Virus record (IMG/VR): IMGVR_UViG_3300013121_000036
Coordinates: 32,001-96,000 of that record
DNA length: 64,000 nt
Source of the DNA: a virus
Taxonomy: Duplodnaviria > Caudoviricetes
Reading direction: 5' to 3' (one strand)
Shown here: positions 49,079 to 58,595 of the stretch, in pieces
Layout of the letters: each line of letters opens with the position of its first letter
How positions within the stretch are numbered: position 1 is the stretch's first letter
The notes under the pieces: generated by a model
Databases searched by the model: none
Seen by the model: only the letters and a program-made list of their open reading frames with translations
Told to the model about the DNA's origin: nothing
Made by a program: the position numbers and the translations under genes

Positions 49079-49314
49079 CAGAAGAAGGTGAACGTTTGTT
49101 CGAAACGAAGTTCGTTTTCAAGGCACAGTTGAAACACACCGGAGTCGAGCAAGACCCTGTAGTACGGTGGTCTTGTGTTGTCTCCCATGACAACGTGAGT
49201 GCCGACAACCTCTCCAAGCTCTCCATAGCAAGCGAGGTCAGGTTCGGCGACCACGACTCTCGTGCCTTTTGGATGGGCACTTGATACCCACGCGCGCTTG
49301 TCATCGTCAGTCAT
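49078..49314 (-). CDS. small SH3/KOW-like protein
   Basis: GTRVVV...GELGEVV...YRVLLD...ENEL. Confidence 0.55.
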   Translation of the reverse strand: MTDDDKRAWVSSAHPKGTRVVVAEPDLACYGELGEVVGTHVVMGDNTRPPYYRVLLDSGVFQLCLENELRFEQTFTFF

Positions 49315-49885
49315 TTGACACCTCCTCGTACATGTCCTTGAGCAGCTCGTCGCCGTAGTTGGTGCCGACGATGGCCTCTACGATCTTGCGCAGGTTTCTG
49401 TCTTGCTTGGCCAACTTGCTCACAAGAATCCTGGCCATCTCGATGTCGATGCCGCGATCTTTGAACCAGAGTCGGGCGCTTGCCTCATCCCCGTCGACAT
49501 AGAACATGCTTCTGAGCACGGGACCGTACTCAGAACGAAGTGTGTTCAGCGACCCCATCAGCTTGCTCGGCGACGAGCTGCCGGACAGCCTGTATCTCCA
49601 GGCTTTGATGCTCTTCAGAACGTCCTCGTCCTCGTCTTCGCAGCCGTCGACAAACTCAGGCGCAAGTCGAATGGCATACCCGCCACTGCTGTATCCATCA
49701 ATAGACAACTTCAGTGCAAAGCCGTCTCCCGAGTACACGTAGATCCTGCCAATCTTGGCGATGTGGCTATGATCTATCCTGGCGATGCGGAGCATGGTCT
49801 TCACCATCTCGACTGGGTCGCTGAGGCGGTTCTCCTTGGCCTGTCCGAGGTACACGCTGAGCTTTTCTTTTTCGTTTTCCATCAT
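49307..49885 (-). CDS. hypothetical protein
   Basis: start follows the repeat-borne RBS. Confidence 0.65.
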   Translation of the reverse strand: MMENEKEKLSVYLGQAKENRLSDPVEMVKTMLRIARIDHSHIAKIGRIYVYSGDGFALKLSIDGYSSGGYAIRLAPEFVDGCEDEDEDVLKSIKAWRYRLSGSSSPSKLMGSLNTLRSEYGPVLRSMFYVDGDEASARLWFKDRGIDIEMARILVSKLAKQDRNLRKIVEAIVGTNYGDELLKDMYEEVSND

Positions 49886-49964
49886 CGTTTTCCTTGCTAG
49901 CTGCCGAATGGCAGCGGGCCCCGCCCGAGGGAACGATCCTCGGTGCGCCAGCGCGGGGCTTCGT

Positions 49965-50867
49965 TCACACCTTGACGAACTTGCCCTTGTTGTCGAGGCG
50001 GTACGCCACGTTCGCCTCGATTCCGTCTTTGCCGACGTATCCGACGGCAAGGAGAGGGCGCTCCCCGTCATGCCACCAGATCGAGATGGTGCCGCCATCT
50101 CCAGCGCGAGCCGAACCGCCAAGCAAAGATTCTGCGTGTCCACGGTAGCCCGCCATGGCATTCCCGCAGTGACCCGCTCTGGCCTTGCCGAGGTCTCCCG
50201 CTGTTGCCGTACCGTAGTCGCCCGCCGAGGCCATGCCGCGGTATCCGGCCGAGGCCGTGCCGTTGTACCCAGCATATGCTTTGCCTCGGTATCCAGCCTC
50301 TGCTCTGCCGTGTTCTCCTGCGGTGGAGACGCCTCCTGAGGCCACCAAGGCTGTGCCTCGGTCTCCCGCAATGGCTCTGCCGTTGATGGCCGAGATGGCC
50401 GTGCCCTCATCTCCCGCGATGGCCGTGCCCTCATCTCCCGCCGTGGCCTCGCCCTTGTAGCCAGCGATGGCCGTGCCGCAATGGCCCGCCTTGGCCGTTC
50501 CGAAGGCGCCCGCCGTCACGGTGGTGAAGTTGACAACGACGTCCTTGGGCGCCCTGTCTGCGATGTACTTGGCAGCGTCGTGGCGACAACCGCAGAACAC
50601 CACGGCGCCTCGGGGAAACTTCACCTTGTCGCCGAGGTCGACGATGCAGTCCTCGTCAACCTCAACCACCAGCCACTTCGCGTCGTCGCTGATGCTGTAG
50701 TAGACGATCGCCCCAGCACCCCAGAGGCAGCCGTGCAGGCCGCCTCCGCACCGAGGTCTTGGATTCCAGTCAGGCGCCTCCACAGGGCCCTCTGTGGGCC
50801 ACACGAAGCCATCGCGGGATGTCATGTCAGAGTTGCACGTTCTCAACACGAGCACCTTGCTCATCAT
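49965..50867 (-). CDS. ice-nucleation-protein-like repeat protein (18 octapeptides)
   Basis: VLVLRTC...WP..G.V...LWGAG...KW.V.EV...VKFPR N-domain, AGxxGxAT repeats, GI..N..Y C-cap. Confidence 0.8.
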   Translation of the reverse strand: MMSKVLVLRTCNSDMTSRDGFVWPTEGPVEAPDWNPRPRCGGGLHGCLWGAGAIVYYSISDDAKWLVVEVDEDCIVDLGDKVKFPRGAVVFCGCRHDAAKYIADRAPKDVVVNFTTVTAGAFGTAKAGHCGTAIAGYKGEATAGDEGTAIAGDEGTAISAINGRAIAGDRGTALVASGGVSTAGEHGRAEAGYRGKAYAGYNGTASAGYRGMASAGDYGTATAGDLGKARAGHCGNAMAGYRGHAESLLGGSARAGDGGTISIWWHDGERPLLAVGYVGKDGIEANVAYRLDNKGKFVKV

Positions 50868-50956
50868 CGTTCTCCTTTCGAGCATTCTCGCCCGCCAGTG
50901 GCCACGATAAAGGCTCATGGTCACTGGTGGGCGCCCCTCCTAAGAGGGGCTTGCCT

Positions 50957-51586
50957 TCACTCATCTTCGTCTTCGATCCTGGCAGTCACCAGAGCGACGG
51001 ATTCAATGTACCCGTCTTCTCCGATGGGCACGATGGCGTCCTTGTAGACGTAGTAGTCCTCGCGGTCTCCATCTCCTTCGCACCTCGCCGCCCAGTCTCT
51101 CAGCCCATCAGCGTCATAGGTCGTCGAGCCGGTGGCGAACAGCTTTGCGCCACTGGCCTCGATCAGCTCCTCAACCGCATCGACGAGGCCGAGTCTGTCG
51201 TCATCGTCCTCCTCCCTCAGGATGTCCTCGTAGACCTCGTCCCAGTGGTCTACCCAGACGTAGTTGGCTGTCTTTATCGCCCTCTCCACGAAGCCCTCTG
51301 GATTGCCTGCCTGGGAGGCGAGCCAGTTGAGCGCGTCGATGTCGCCGTCTGCTGGCTCGAAGCCTCGCATGTAGTTGATGACCTCAGACCTCGTTGGGTG
51401 TGGATCCAACCTGATCCAACCCATGGCTATCCATGCGCCGGCCATGTCGGCCGCGCTGGTCCACGACGGAGCGTGACCCTGTCCTCTCGCAAAGGACGCG
51501 AAAGACTGCCCGTCTCCAGGTATGCCGGCGACCTTGTCGGCCAGCTCGAACGCATTCTCGATGGTGCTCATGGTTTCCTCGCTCAC
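50957..51586 (-). CDS. acidic hypothetical protein
   Basis: Asp/Glu-rich ORF. Confidence 0.65.
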   Translation of the reverse strand: MSEETMSTIENAFELADKVAGIPGDGQSFASFARGQGHAPSWTSAADMAGAWIAMGWIRLDPHPTRSEVINYMRGFEPADGDIDALNWLASQAGNPEGFVERAIKTANYVWVDHWDEVYEDILREEDDDDRLGLVDAVEELIEASGAKLFATGSTTYDADGLRDWAARCEGDGDREDYYVYKDAIVPIGEDGYIESVALVTARIEDEDE

Positions 51587-52023
51587 TCGAAGACGTCTTT
51601 GGCCATGTCAAGGTAGTTGAAGTCAGGAACATCAGCTTCTTCGCCTTCTTCTGGCATGTCCCAGTCAGCGACGTCCTGGGTCGCACAGCTCGCGACCTCT
51701 TCGACCATGGACATCCTGTCCTGGTACTCAGAACCCTTGTCGCTCTCCTGCCACCGCTCGGAGCGTGACTCGAACACCTCCGTCATCTCGTCGAGCAGGT
51801 TCTGAGCTTCTGATTCGAGTTCGGCCAAGGCGTTCTCGGCGGACTCTTTCTCCGCCTTCATGCTCTCGAACGCATCTTTCAGGTCCTTCTCGCTCGGCCT
51901 GTCCGACTCGTCTTCGTTCTGCCTGTCAACCACGATCTGGTTGTAGTCTTCCACCGCCTGAGCGAATGCGTTGCATTCAGACTCGGCGTTCTTGATAGCA
52001 ACCATGAAGTCTTTCTTGCTCAT
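51583..52023 (-). CDS. very acidic helical protein
   Basis: RBS in repeat; Asp/Glu-rich. Confidence 0.7.
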   Translation of the reverse strand: MSKKDFMVAIKNAESECNAFAQAVEDYNQIVVDRQNEDESDRPSEKDLKDAFESMKAEKESAENALAELESEAQNLLDEMTEVFESRSERWQESDKGSEYQDRMSMVEEVASCATQDVADWDMPEEGEEADVPDFNYLDMAKDVFE

Positions 52024-52106
52024 CGTTGTTCTCCTTGCTAGCTGCCGAATGGCAGCGGGCCCCGCCCGAGGGAACGATCCTCGGTGCGCCAGCACGGGGC
52101 TTCTTG

Positions 52107-52598
52107 TCAAACGTACTTCCAGTCGCCGGACGACACGTACCCGGCAACGAACCCTTGCTCGTCGTAAGCCTTCAGTGACGGGCCGTCGTAACCCCTGAGC
52201 GTCAGCTCGTCAGAGATGACTTCGAGCGAGACTGCTGTGATGTCCTCGGTGACGCCTGTGTCGTCAACGAGGTTGACCGTGAAGGTTTTCATTCCCATCT
52301 CCTTTCAGAACGAGTCCTCTCCGTCCATGCTGCCGTAGACGTCTTCGTAGTAGTAACCGTCATCGTCGTCGTTGCGGTCCTCGTAGTGAGGCGTCGGGTC
52401 AGAGTACGACATGGCCTCTTCGTACGTAGGTGCTCCGCTGTCGACATACTTGCCGACGGAGGCGCTGAAGAGCCTCCCCCTGGAGTGCTCTCTCTCGCAG
52501 ATGAAGCACACGTCTGGAGCATCCGAGTCGCCGTTCAAGTCTCTCCCAACGGACCTCACGCTCTTTCTGTTCTTCTTGCACAGGTCGCACTGTGGCAT
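52107..52598 (-). CDS. two small hypothetical genes (52107-52298, 52305-52598)
   Basis: AAGGAG RBS each. Confidence 0.6.
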
Positions 52599-52671
52599 CT
52601 TCGTCTCCTTGTCTGGGCTCGTGGTCCCATTCGGGGGATCGGGTGTCCGATCCCCCTGACGGGATCCCGAG

Positions 52672-53142
52672 TCAGCCTGGCTCTGGGAACGTTCCGCCGT
52701 ACACGTCGGCGTAGAACTCCTGTATGTCGGAAGTGTAGCCGTGGCTATCCAGCTCTTCGTCGTCCGCCCAGTCTTCGCTCTCCCTGACGGCTTGACCGAG
52801 GTCGGAGTAGCCAGTGAAGCTGACTCGCTCGCCTGGGAAGAAGACCTTCGCGTTGGTCTTGGTGCCGAAGTACAGCACGCAGCCCGTCCGCTCGACGATG
52901 GCGCAGGTGTCGGTGTTCCTTCGAGCGAAGGCCCTCGTCTTCTTCGTGGAATCGACAGACCAGACGAGCAGTCTCTGGGCCTTGGCCCTGTTCTCTCGCT
53001 CCTTGGCCGTCACGGTCTTGGCCGACGGTTGCACCTCAGCAGCGGTCTTGGTGGCGGTCTTGGTGGCGGTCTTGGTGGCGGTCTTGGTGGCGGTCTTGGT
53101 GGCGGTCTTGGTGGCGGTCTTGGTGGTCTTGGCAGCGGTCAT
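52672..53142 (-). CDS. hypothetical protein with (TKTA)n N-terminus
   Basis: 12-nt tandem repeat at about 53042-53137. Confidence 0.65.
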   Translation of the reverse strand: MTAAKTTKTATKTATKTATKTATKTATKTATKTAAEVQPSAKTVTAKERENRAKAQRLLVWSVDSTKKTRAFARRNTDTCAIVERTGCVLYFGTKTNAKVFFPGERVSFTGYSDLGQAVRESEDWADDEELDSHGYTSDIQEFYADVYGGTFPEPG

Positions 53143-54288
53143 TCGTTGGCCTCCTCGGGTGGCGTCTGGTCGTAACCTGTAAGCTCAAAGAGCTTTGTCT
53201 CGGTGTCGTACGAAGATGCCTCGTACCCGTGCATCTCCTTGACTTTCACGTTCACGGCTCGCATCGGCCGGTGGTTCGGGCCAGACCTGACCTCGACGAC
53301 CTCGATCTCGACGGAGACGCCGAGGTCGAGCGACTCGACGAGTGCCCTCATCTCGCCGACGGGTGTTCCAGAGTCAAACGTGATGACGTTCTTGTACCCT
53401 GACTGGTGCATGTCTTCCTCACTTCTCATCGAAGGAGAGCTTGCTCTTACCAGCCTGCTCTCGGTGCACGTTCGCCTCTTCGACGATCTCGTCGAAGGCA
53501 AGATCGTCGTCCTCTTGTCCGGCAAGACGGATGGCCAGCCAGAACATGACTGTCATCATCTCGCTCTTGGACATGTTCCTCATGATGTATTCAAACTTCT
53601 TCTCGGAGTTCATCATCGTTCCCTTTCAGACCCTTGAGCTGCACCAGCGCCCACCGATCGGTAGTTCTCGGAGGGACAACTTCGACAAGAACGGCGTGGT
53701 TGAGAAGCCAGGCTCCGGCGAGTAGGCCCCCATGTTCATCTTGCTCTCGTGCCGGAGCCAGATGGACAGTACGCTCTCTTCCAGCTTCTTCATTGCCGCT
53801 GGGAAGCTGTCGGTGCGGTGCGCGTTCTTGTTGGCTCCCCTGGCTGTGAGGAGCGCGCGAATGGCGAAAACTCTCACGTCGTGCCACTCATCAACGTTGG
53901 CGTCTCGATGGATGCCTGGGAAGCTATGCTTCGCGACGAGGGAGTACAGGGCGTCGGCGAGCATGTTCTTGCCCGGCTCGATGTTCCCTATCGCGCTGTC
54001 CCACGACTTGAGGATTTGGTTGGCGAAGTACACGAGGCTCATGATCTCGTGCACCCTGCGGTAGACGGGATCTTCATGGTCATCCCTGCCGTCGAGGATG
54101 ACCATGTTCTTCGAGAGAGGAATGTCGCCGTCTCTCAGCCTCGTGTCGACGCGCTTGATGACGCCCTTCCTCTCAAGGGAAGCCAAGACGTTCTTCGGCT
54201 TGAGGCTCCCGTCGAAGTAACCGACGCCAACCGACTCCCTCCTCGCGTCGACCAAAAGCTCGGCTTGGGCAAATGAAAGCTCCTTCAT
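53139..54288 (-). CDS. three hypothetical genes (53139-53411, 53419-53616, 53626-54288)
   Basis: RBS and packing. Confidence 0.6.
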
Positions 54289-54370
54289 CAACGTTCTCCT
54301 TGTTGGCTGCCGAATGGCAGCGGGCCCCGCCCGAGGGGACGATCCTCGGTGCGCCAGCGCGGGGCTGCGT

Positions 54371-55222
54371 TCACGCCTTGACGAACTTGCCCTTGTCGTT
54401 TACGCGGTACGCCACGTTCGGCTTGATGCCGTCCTCGCCGACATATCCGATGGCAAGGCGAAGGCGGGATCCGTCATACAACCAGATCGAGATGGTTCCG
54501 CCATCTCCCGCCGTGGCCTTGCCGCCCTCTCCCGCCGTGGCCTTGCCGCCCTCTCCCGCCGTGGCCGTGCCGAAGTCGCCAGCCGTGGCCGTGCCGTGTT
54601 TGCCAGCCGTGGCCGAGCCGCAGTTGCCCGCCGTGGCCGTGCCTCGGTCGCCCACCGTGGCCGTGCCGTTGTAGCCCGCCGTGGCCATGCCGCGGTTTCC
54701 CGCCATGGCCATGCCGCCATCTCCCGCCGTGGCCATGCCGTCGTTGCCAGCCGTGGCCGTGCCGCCCTCTCCCGCGATGGCCGTGCCGCCCTCTCCCGCC
54801 GTGGCCTCGCCCTTGTAGCCAGCGATGGCCGTGCCGCAATGGCCCGCCTTGGCCGTTCCGAAGGCGCCCGCCGTCACGGTGGTGAAGTTGACGACGACGT
54901 CCTTGGGCGCCCTGTCTGCGATGTACTTGGCAGCGTCATGGCGACAGCCGCAGAACACCACGACGCCTCGGGGAAACTTCACCTTGCTGCCAAGGTCGAC
55001 GATGCAGTCCTCGTCAACCTCCACCACCAGCCACTTCGCGTCGTCGCTGCTGCTGTAGTAGACGATCGCCCCAGCACCCCATAGGCAGCCGTGCAGGCCG
55101 CCTCCACACTGAGGCTTCGGATTCCAGTCAGGCGCCTTCACAGGGCCTTCCGTGGGCCACACGAAGCCCCCGTAAGCCTTCATGTTTTCGCGACATGTTC
55201 TCAACACGAGCACCTTGCTCAT
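54371..55222 (-). CDS. ice-nucleation-protein-like repeat protein (16 octapeptides)
   Basis: paralogue of 49965-50867. Confidence 0.8.
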   Translation of the reverse strand: MSKVLVLRTCRENMKAYGGFVWPTEGPVKAPDWNPKPQCGGGLHGCLWGAGAIVYYSSSDDAKWLVVEVDEDCIVDLGSKVKFPRGVVVFCGCRHDAAKYIADRAPKDVVVNFTTVTAGAFGTAKAGHCGTAIAGYKGEATAGEGGTAIAGEGGTATAGNDGMATAGDGGMAMAGNRGMATAGYNGTATVGDRGTATAGNCGSATAGKHGTATAGDFGTATAGEGGKATAGEGGKATAGDGGTISIWLYDGSRLRLAIGYVGEDGIKPNVAYRVNDKGKFVKA

Positions 55223-55308
55223 CAACGTTCTCCTTGCTGGCTGCCGAATGGCAGCGGGCCCTCCCGAGGCGCGTCACGCCTCGTTCGCAGACTGCGGAGG
55301 GCTGTGTG

Positions 55309-57498
55309 TCAGGCCGCCTCGCCTGGCAGCTTCCCCACTTGACGATGGTGGTGCCGCGCGAGGCCAACAGCCTCGCGCCACTCTTCGTCTGTCAGTTTGC
55401 TTCCGCAAACCTCGTACCTGGCGAGGATCTGCCTCCCTATCGGGCCCGTGGACTTGCTGAAACCGATCCCGTTCAGCTCTTTGGCCTCGTCGACATCGTC
55501 GCCGAGGAGTTGGTAGAGCGCTCCGATGGCGAACTCCTCTGCGGGGCTGGCGGCCTCTCGCCTCCCCTCCAGCGTGACCCTCACAACCTCCCTTGCCAGC
55601 TTGACGTGCTTCGGCTTCGTGTTGGAAGTCGTGGCTTGGTCCGAAGGCGTCGGAGCCAGGGAGATCATCGGTACGTACACCTCGCCGGCCCTCTGTGGAA
55701 GAGAAGCCTCGCCCTCCTTGATGGTGGCGTTCCCGACGCTCGCGGCGATCTTTTCCATCTTGTCGCCGATGACCTGAGCCACCCTCTCCTCAACGAGGTG
55801 GTCGCCGACGAGCACCGTCACCGTCACAGGCTTCGTTTGACCGATGCGGTGGACACGCGCCGCCGCCTGCTCATTGAGAGCAGGGGTCCAAGCCTCGTCG
55901 AGAAAGACGACGTTGCTGGCCCTTGTCAGCGTGATGGCCACACCTGCTGCCGTGATGGTGCAAGCCACGCCCCTCAGGTCACCACGCTGGAAGGCTTCCT
56001 CCACAGCCGACTTTTGCTCGGCTGACTCCTCCCCCGTGATCTTGCCCCACCCCTCCATGGCAGCCAGGGAGTCGATGGGCTCGCGATGCATCGACATCAC
56101 GACGAGCGGCTCGCCAGCCTCTTGGTACTCCTGCACGATCTCGGAGAGCGCAGGAACCTTGCTTCGAGCTATCGCCGCTCGGATGGCGCTCAGCTTCTCG
56201 AAAGAAGCCGTCGCCTTCAGCAGTTCCTCGTCGGAGAGGCCCTCCATGGCCCTTGCCAGCTCGTCACAGGCGGCCCTGCCCTCGGGCGTAAGCTCCACCG
56301 TTCGAAGAACCCTTGTGAGGGACGGGATGTCCCTCGCGACGTCAGCCTTGATGCGGCGAAGGATCCCCTTCTTCAGGTGGTCGCCCGTCTCCTTCTTGGG
56401 GACGCCGAATTCATATCCTCCCCATGGCCCCTTGTACCCCTCGAACAAGTACAGGAACTGAGCCCAGGGCCTGTCGCCGAACACCTCCCGCTCGACACCG
56501 GCCACAGAGCAGAGCCCCCACAGTTCGAAGGGGCGGTTGAGCATCGGCGTGGCCGTCAGAAGCCACGAACGGCCACCGCTGTCTCGACAGGCTTTGGCCA
56601 TCGCAGCGAACGACTGCGTTCGCTTCGCGTCACGCTCTTTCAGCGCGTGAGCCTCGTCGGCAATGACGACGGTGCCCATCGGTGGAGACGACACGCTGTC
56701 GGGCGGCGGCAGGATGTCGTAGTTGGTGATGATGATCTCGCCGTGCTTGGGCCACCGGAAAGACCCGCGACCCTTGAGCACAACCGGCTTGAACTCCGGC
56801 CTCCACTTGCCGATCTCTCGCTTCCACACGCCCTTGGCGACGGCGGGGCAGACGACGACAGCACCAACGCTGTCAGCCTCGGGGAGCGAGCAGAGCGTCT
56901 GCGCCGTTTTCCCCAGGCCCATCTCGTCGCCCATGATCGCGCCCTTGCGTGGCGCGAGCCACAGGACGCCCTCCTCCTGGTATCGGCGAAGTCGCTGTCC
57001 CCGCTCTGCGAGCTTCTTCTGGATGCCAGCCAGTCGCGCCTCGACAGCCTCGATGGCGCCGTTGTGAGCTTCCGCCTCGTGCTTCAGCACATCGGCTCCC
57101 TTGGCGATGAGAGCGCCGACGCCCTCATCGCTGGCCTTCACCTCCCAACCTGCCTCTTGCAGAGCGAGGACGATCTTGATCGCGTCCTTCGCAGACGCGA
57201 TGTCCCTCGAACCGGGCCCTGTGACCCGGTTCCACCTGCCGCCACCGCCAGAGATGATTCGCTTCGCCCTGTCCCAAGCGTCCCTGTCGGAACGCCCGCC
57301 AGCGAAGTAGAAAGCAACCTCGCCAGACTGCGTCGATGCTGTCGCGACGTACGGATGCTCCTGAGCCTTCTGCGCAGGGGCACATGACTCGTGGAAGGTG
57401 ACCCACCAGCCACCAACATTCGAGGCGATTCCGGCGCCCGCCTCGACGGGGCGGGCGCACTTGCCGCACCGACCCTTGTACTTGTTCTTCACAACCAT
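55309..57498 (-). CDS. SNF2-family helicase
   Basis: YQEEGV, GDEMGLGKT, IADEAH, LTATPMLN, LRRIKADV, QAAARVHRIGQ. Confidence 0.92.
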   Translation of the reverse strand: MVVKNKYKGRCGKCARPVEAGAGIASNVGGWWVTFHESCAPAQKAQEHPYVATASTQSGEVAFYFAGGRSDRDAWDRAKRIISGGGGRWNRVTGPGSRDIASAKDAIKIVLALQEAGWEVKASDEGVGALIAKGADVLKHEAEAHNGAIEAVEARLAGIQKKLAERGQRLRRYQEEGVLWLAPRKGAIMGDEMGLGKTAQTLCSLPEADSVGAVVVCPAVAKGVWKREIGKWRPEFKPVVLKGRGSFRWPKHGEIIITNYDILPPPDSVSSPPMGTVVIADEAHALKERDAKRTQSFAAMAKACRDSGGRSWLLTATPMLNRPFELWGLCSVAGVEREVFGDRPWAQFLYLFEGYKGPWGGYEFGVPKKETGDHLKKGILRRIKADVARDIPSLTRVLRTVELTPEGRAACDELARAMEGLSDEELLKATASFEKLSAIRAAIARSKVPALSEIVQEYQEAGEPLVVMSMHREPIDSLAAMEGWGKITGEESAEQKSAVEEAFQRGDLRGVACTITAAGVAITLTRASNVVFLDEAWTPALNEQAAARVHRIGQTKPVTVTVLVGDHLVEERVAQVIGDKMEKIAASVGNATIKEGEASLPQRAGEVYVPMISLAPTPSDQATTSNTKPKHVKLAREVVRVTLEGRREAASPAEEFAIGALYQLLGDDVDEAKELNGIGFSKSTGPIGRQILARYEVCGSKLTDEEWREAVGLARHHHRQVGKLPGEAA

Positions 57499-57581
57499 CA
57501 CCGTTCTCCTTGCTGGCTGCCCGAAGGCAGCGGGCCCCGCCCGAGGGGACGATCCTCGGTGCGCCAGCGCGGGGCTTCTTG

Positions 57582-58505
57582 TCAAACGTACTTTCGCAAG
57601 CTCTCCGCGAGATCCCGCCAGTCGCCGCCGGCCACCTTGGTTGGTACCTTGGCGTCAGGGAACTTGCTCCTCAGAGCTTCACCCCACATCGAGAGTCTGT
57701 GTTCGTTGAACACACCCGTCTTGAGGGCGAGCGTGTAGACGGCGTCATGCCCGCCGTGACATGCGTCCAGGCAGGCAACAGCAGCCGCTGCGAACTTGTC
57801 GAGCTTCATCTTGGCGATCTCGAACGGGAACGAGGCGGCTTCTCGTCTCCTTTCCACGACGCCATCTTCCACCATGAACCCATCGGTCTTCGGCGGGGTG
57901 TCGTCGTTGCTGCCGCGGAACGCCTCCAGGTCAGCAGCGATGGCATCGTAGACCTTGTCGAGAGAACGACGAGTGTGGCTCGTGATGCTCCCTTCGAGCT
58001 TTGCAAGATGCGGCCTGACGATCTCCTCGACTGCACCGATGGTCTTGTCGTCGCACCAGCCGACAGAGAACACGTTGCCGAACCTGTGCAGGTGACTGAG
58101 CCCAACAGACAGGGCGCCGTCGTTGCACCACAGCTCTGCGCTAACGCCTGATGTTGCGCCTCGAAAAGACGACCCAAACCTGAGGCGTCCTTTGTACTTC
58201 TCGCAGATGGAGCGAACGATGACGCTGCTCGCCTGCCACGGTATCGGTGCCAGACCAGTTGGGTTCCAGTGGCCGGTGGCGTGGATGGCCCACGCGAGCC
58301 TGGACGCATCTCGCGGGCACAGAGACCTGACTCTCTCGACCAGCGACTCATCGTCGGGGTACGGGCACAAGAGGTTGTGCGGCTCTTGTGACATCCCCCT
58401 GCAAGCCTCGCCCAACTCAAACGCGAGCCTCTTGTGTTCCTCTGGAAGACCCATGAAGAACGGGAGAGCAGCCTCCCAGAAGGCCGTTTCGTAATCGAAC
58501 TGCAT
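57582..58505 (-). CDS. hypothetical protein
   Basis: RBS in repeat. Confidence 0.65.
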   Translation of the reverse strand: MQFDYETAFWEAALPFFMGLPEEHKRLAFELGEACRGMSQEPHNLLCPYPDDESLVERVRSLCPRDASRLAWAIHATGHWNPTGLAPIPWQASSVIVRSICEKYKGRLRFGSSFRGATSGVSAELWCNDGALSVGLSHLHRFGNVFSVGWCDDKTIGAVEEIVRPHLAKLEGSITSHTRRSLDKVYDAIAADLEAFRGSNDDTPPKTDGFMVEDGVVERRREAASFPFEIAKMKLDKFAAAAVACLDACHGGHDAVYTLALKTGVFNEHRLSMWGEALRSKFPDAKVPTKVAGGDWRDLAESLRKYV

Positions 58506-58595
58506 CTTTCTTCTCCTTGTTGGCTGCCGTGTGGCAGCGGGCCCTCCCGAGGCGCGTCACGCCTCGTTCGCAGACTGCGGAGGGCTTGGTGGTTG

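Noticed and set aside
53042-53137. 12-nt tandem repeat as replication iterons
   Set aside because: It is in frame within a gene, encoding (TKTA)n, with no adjacent AT-rich region or rep gene
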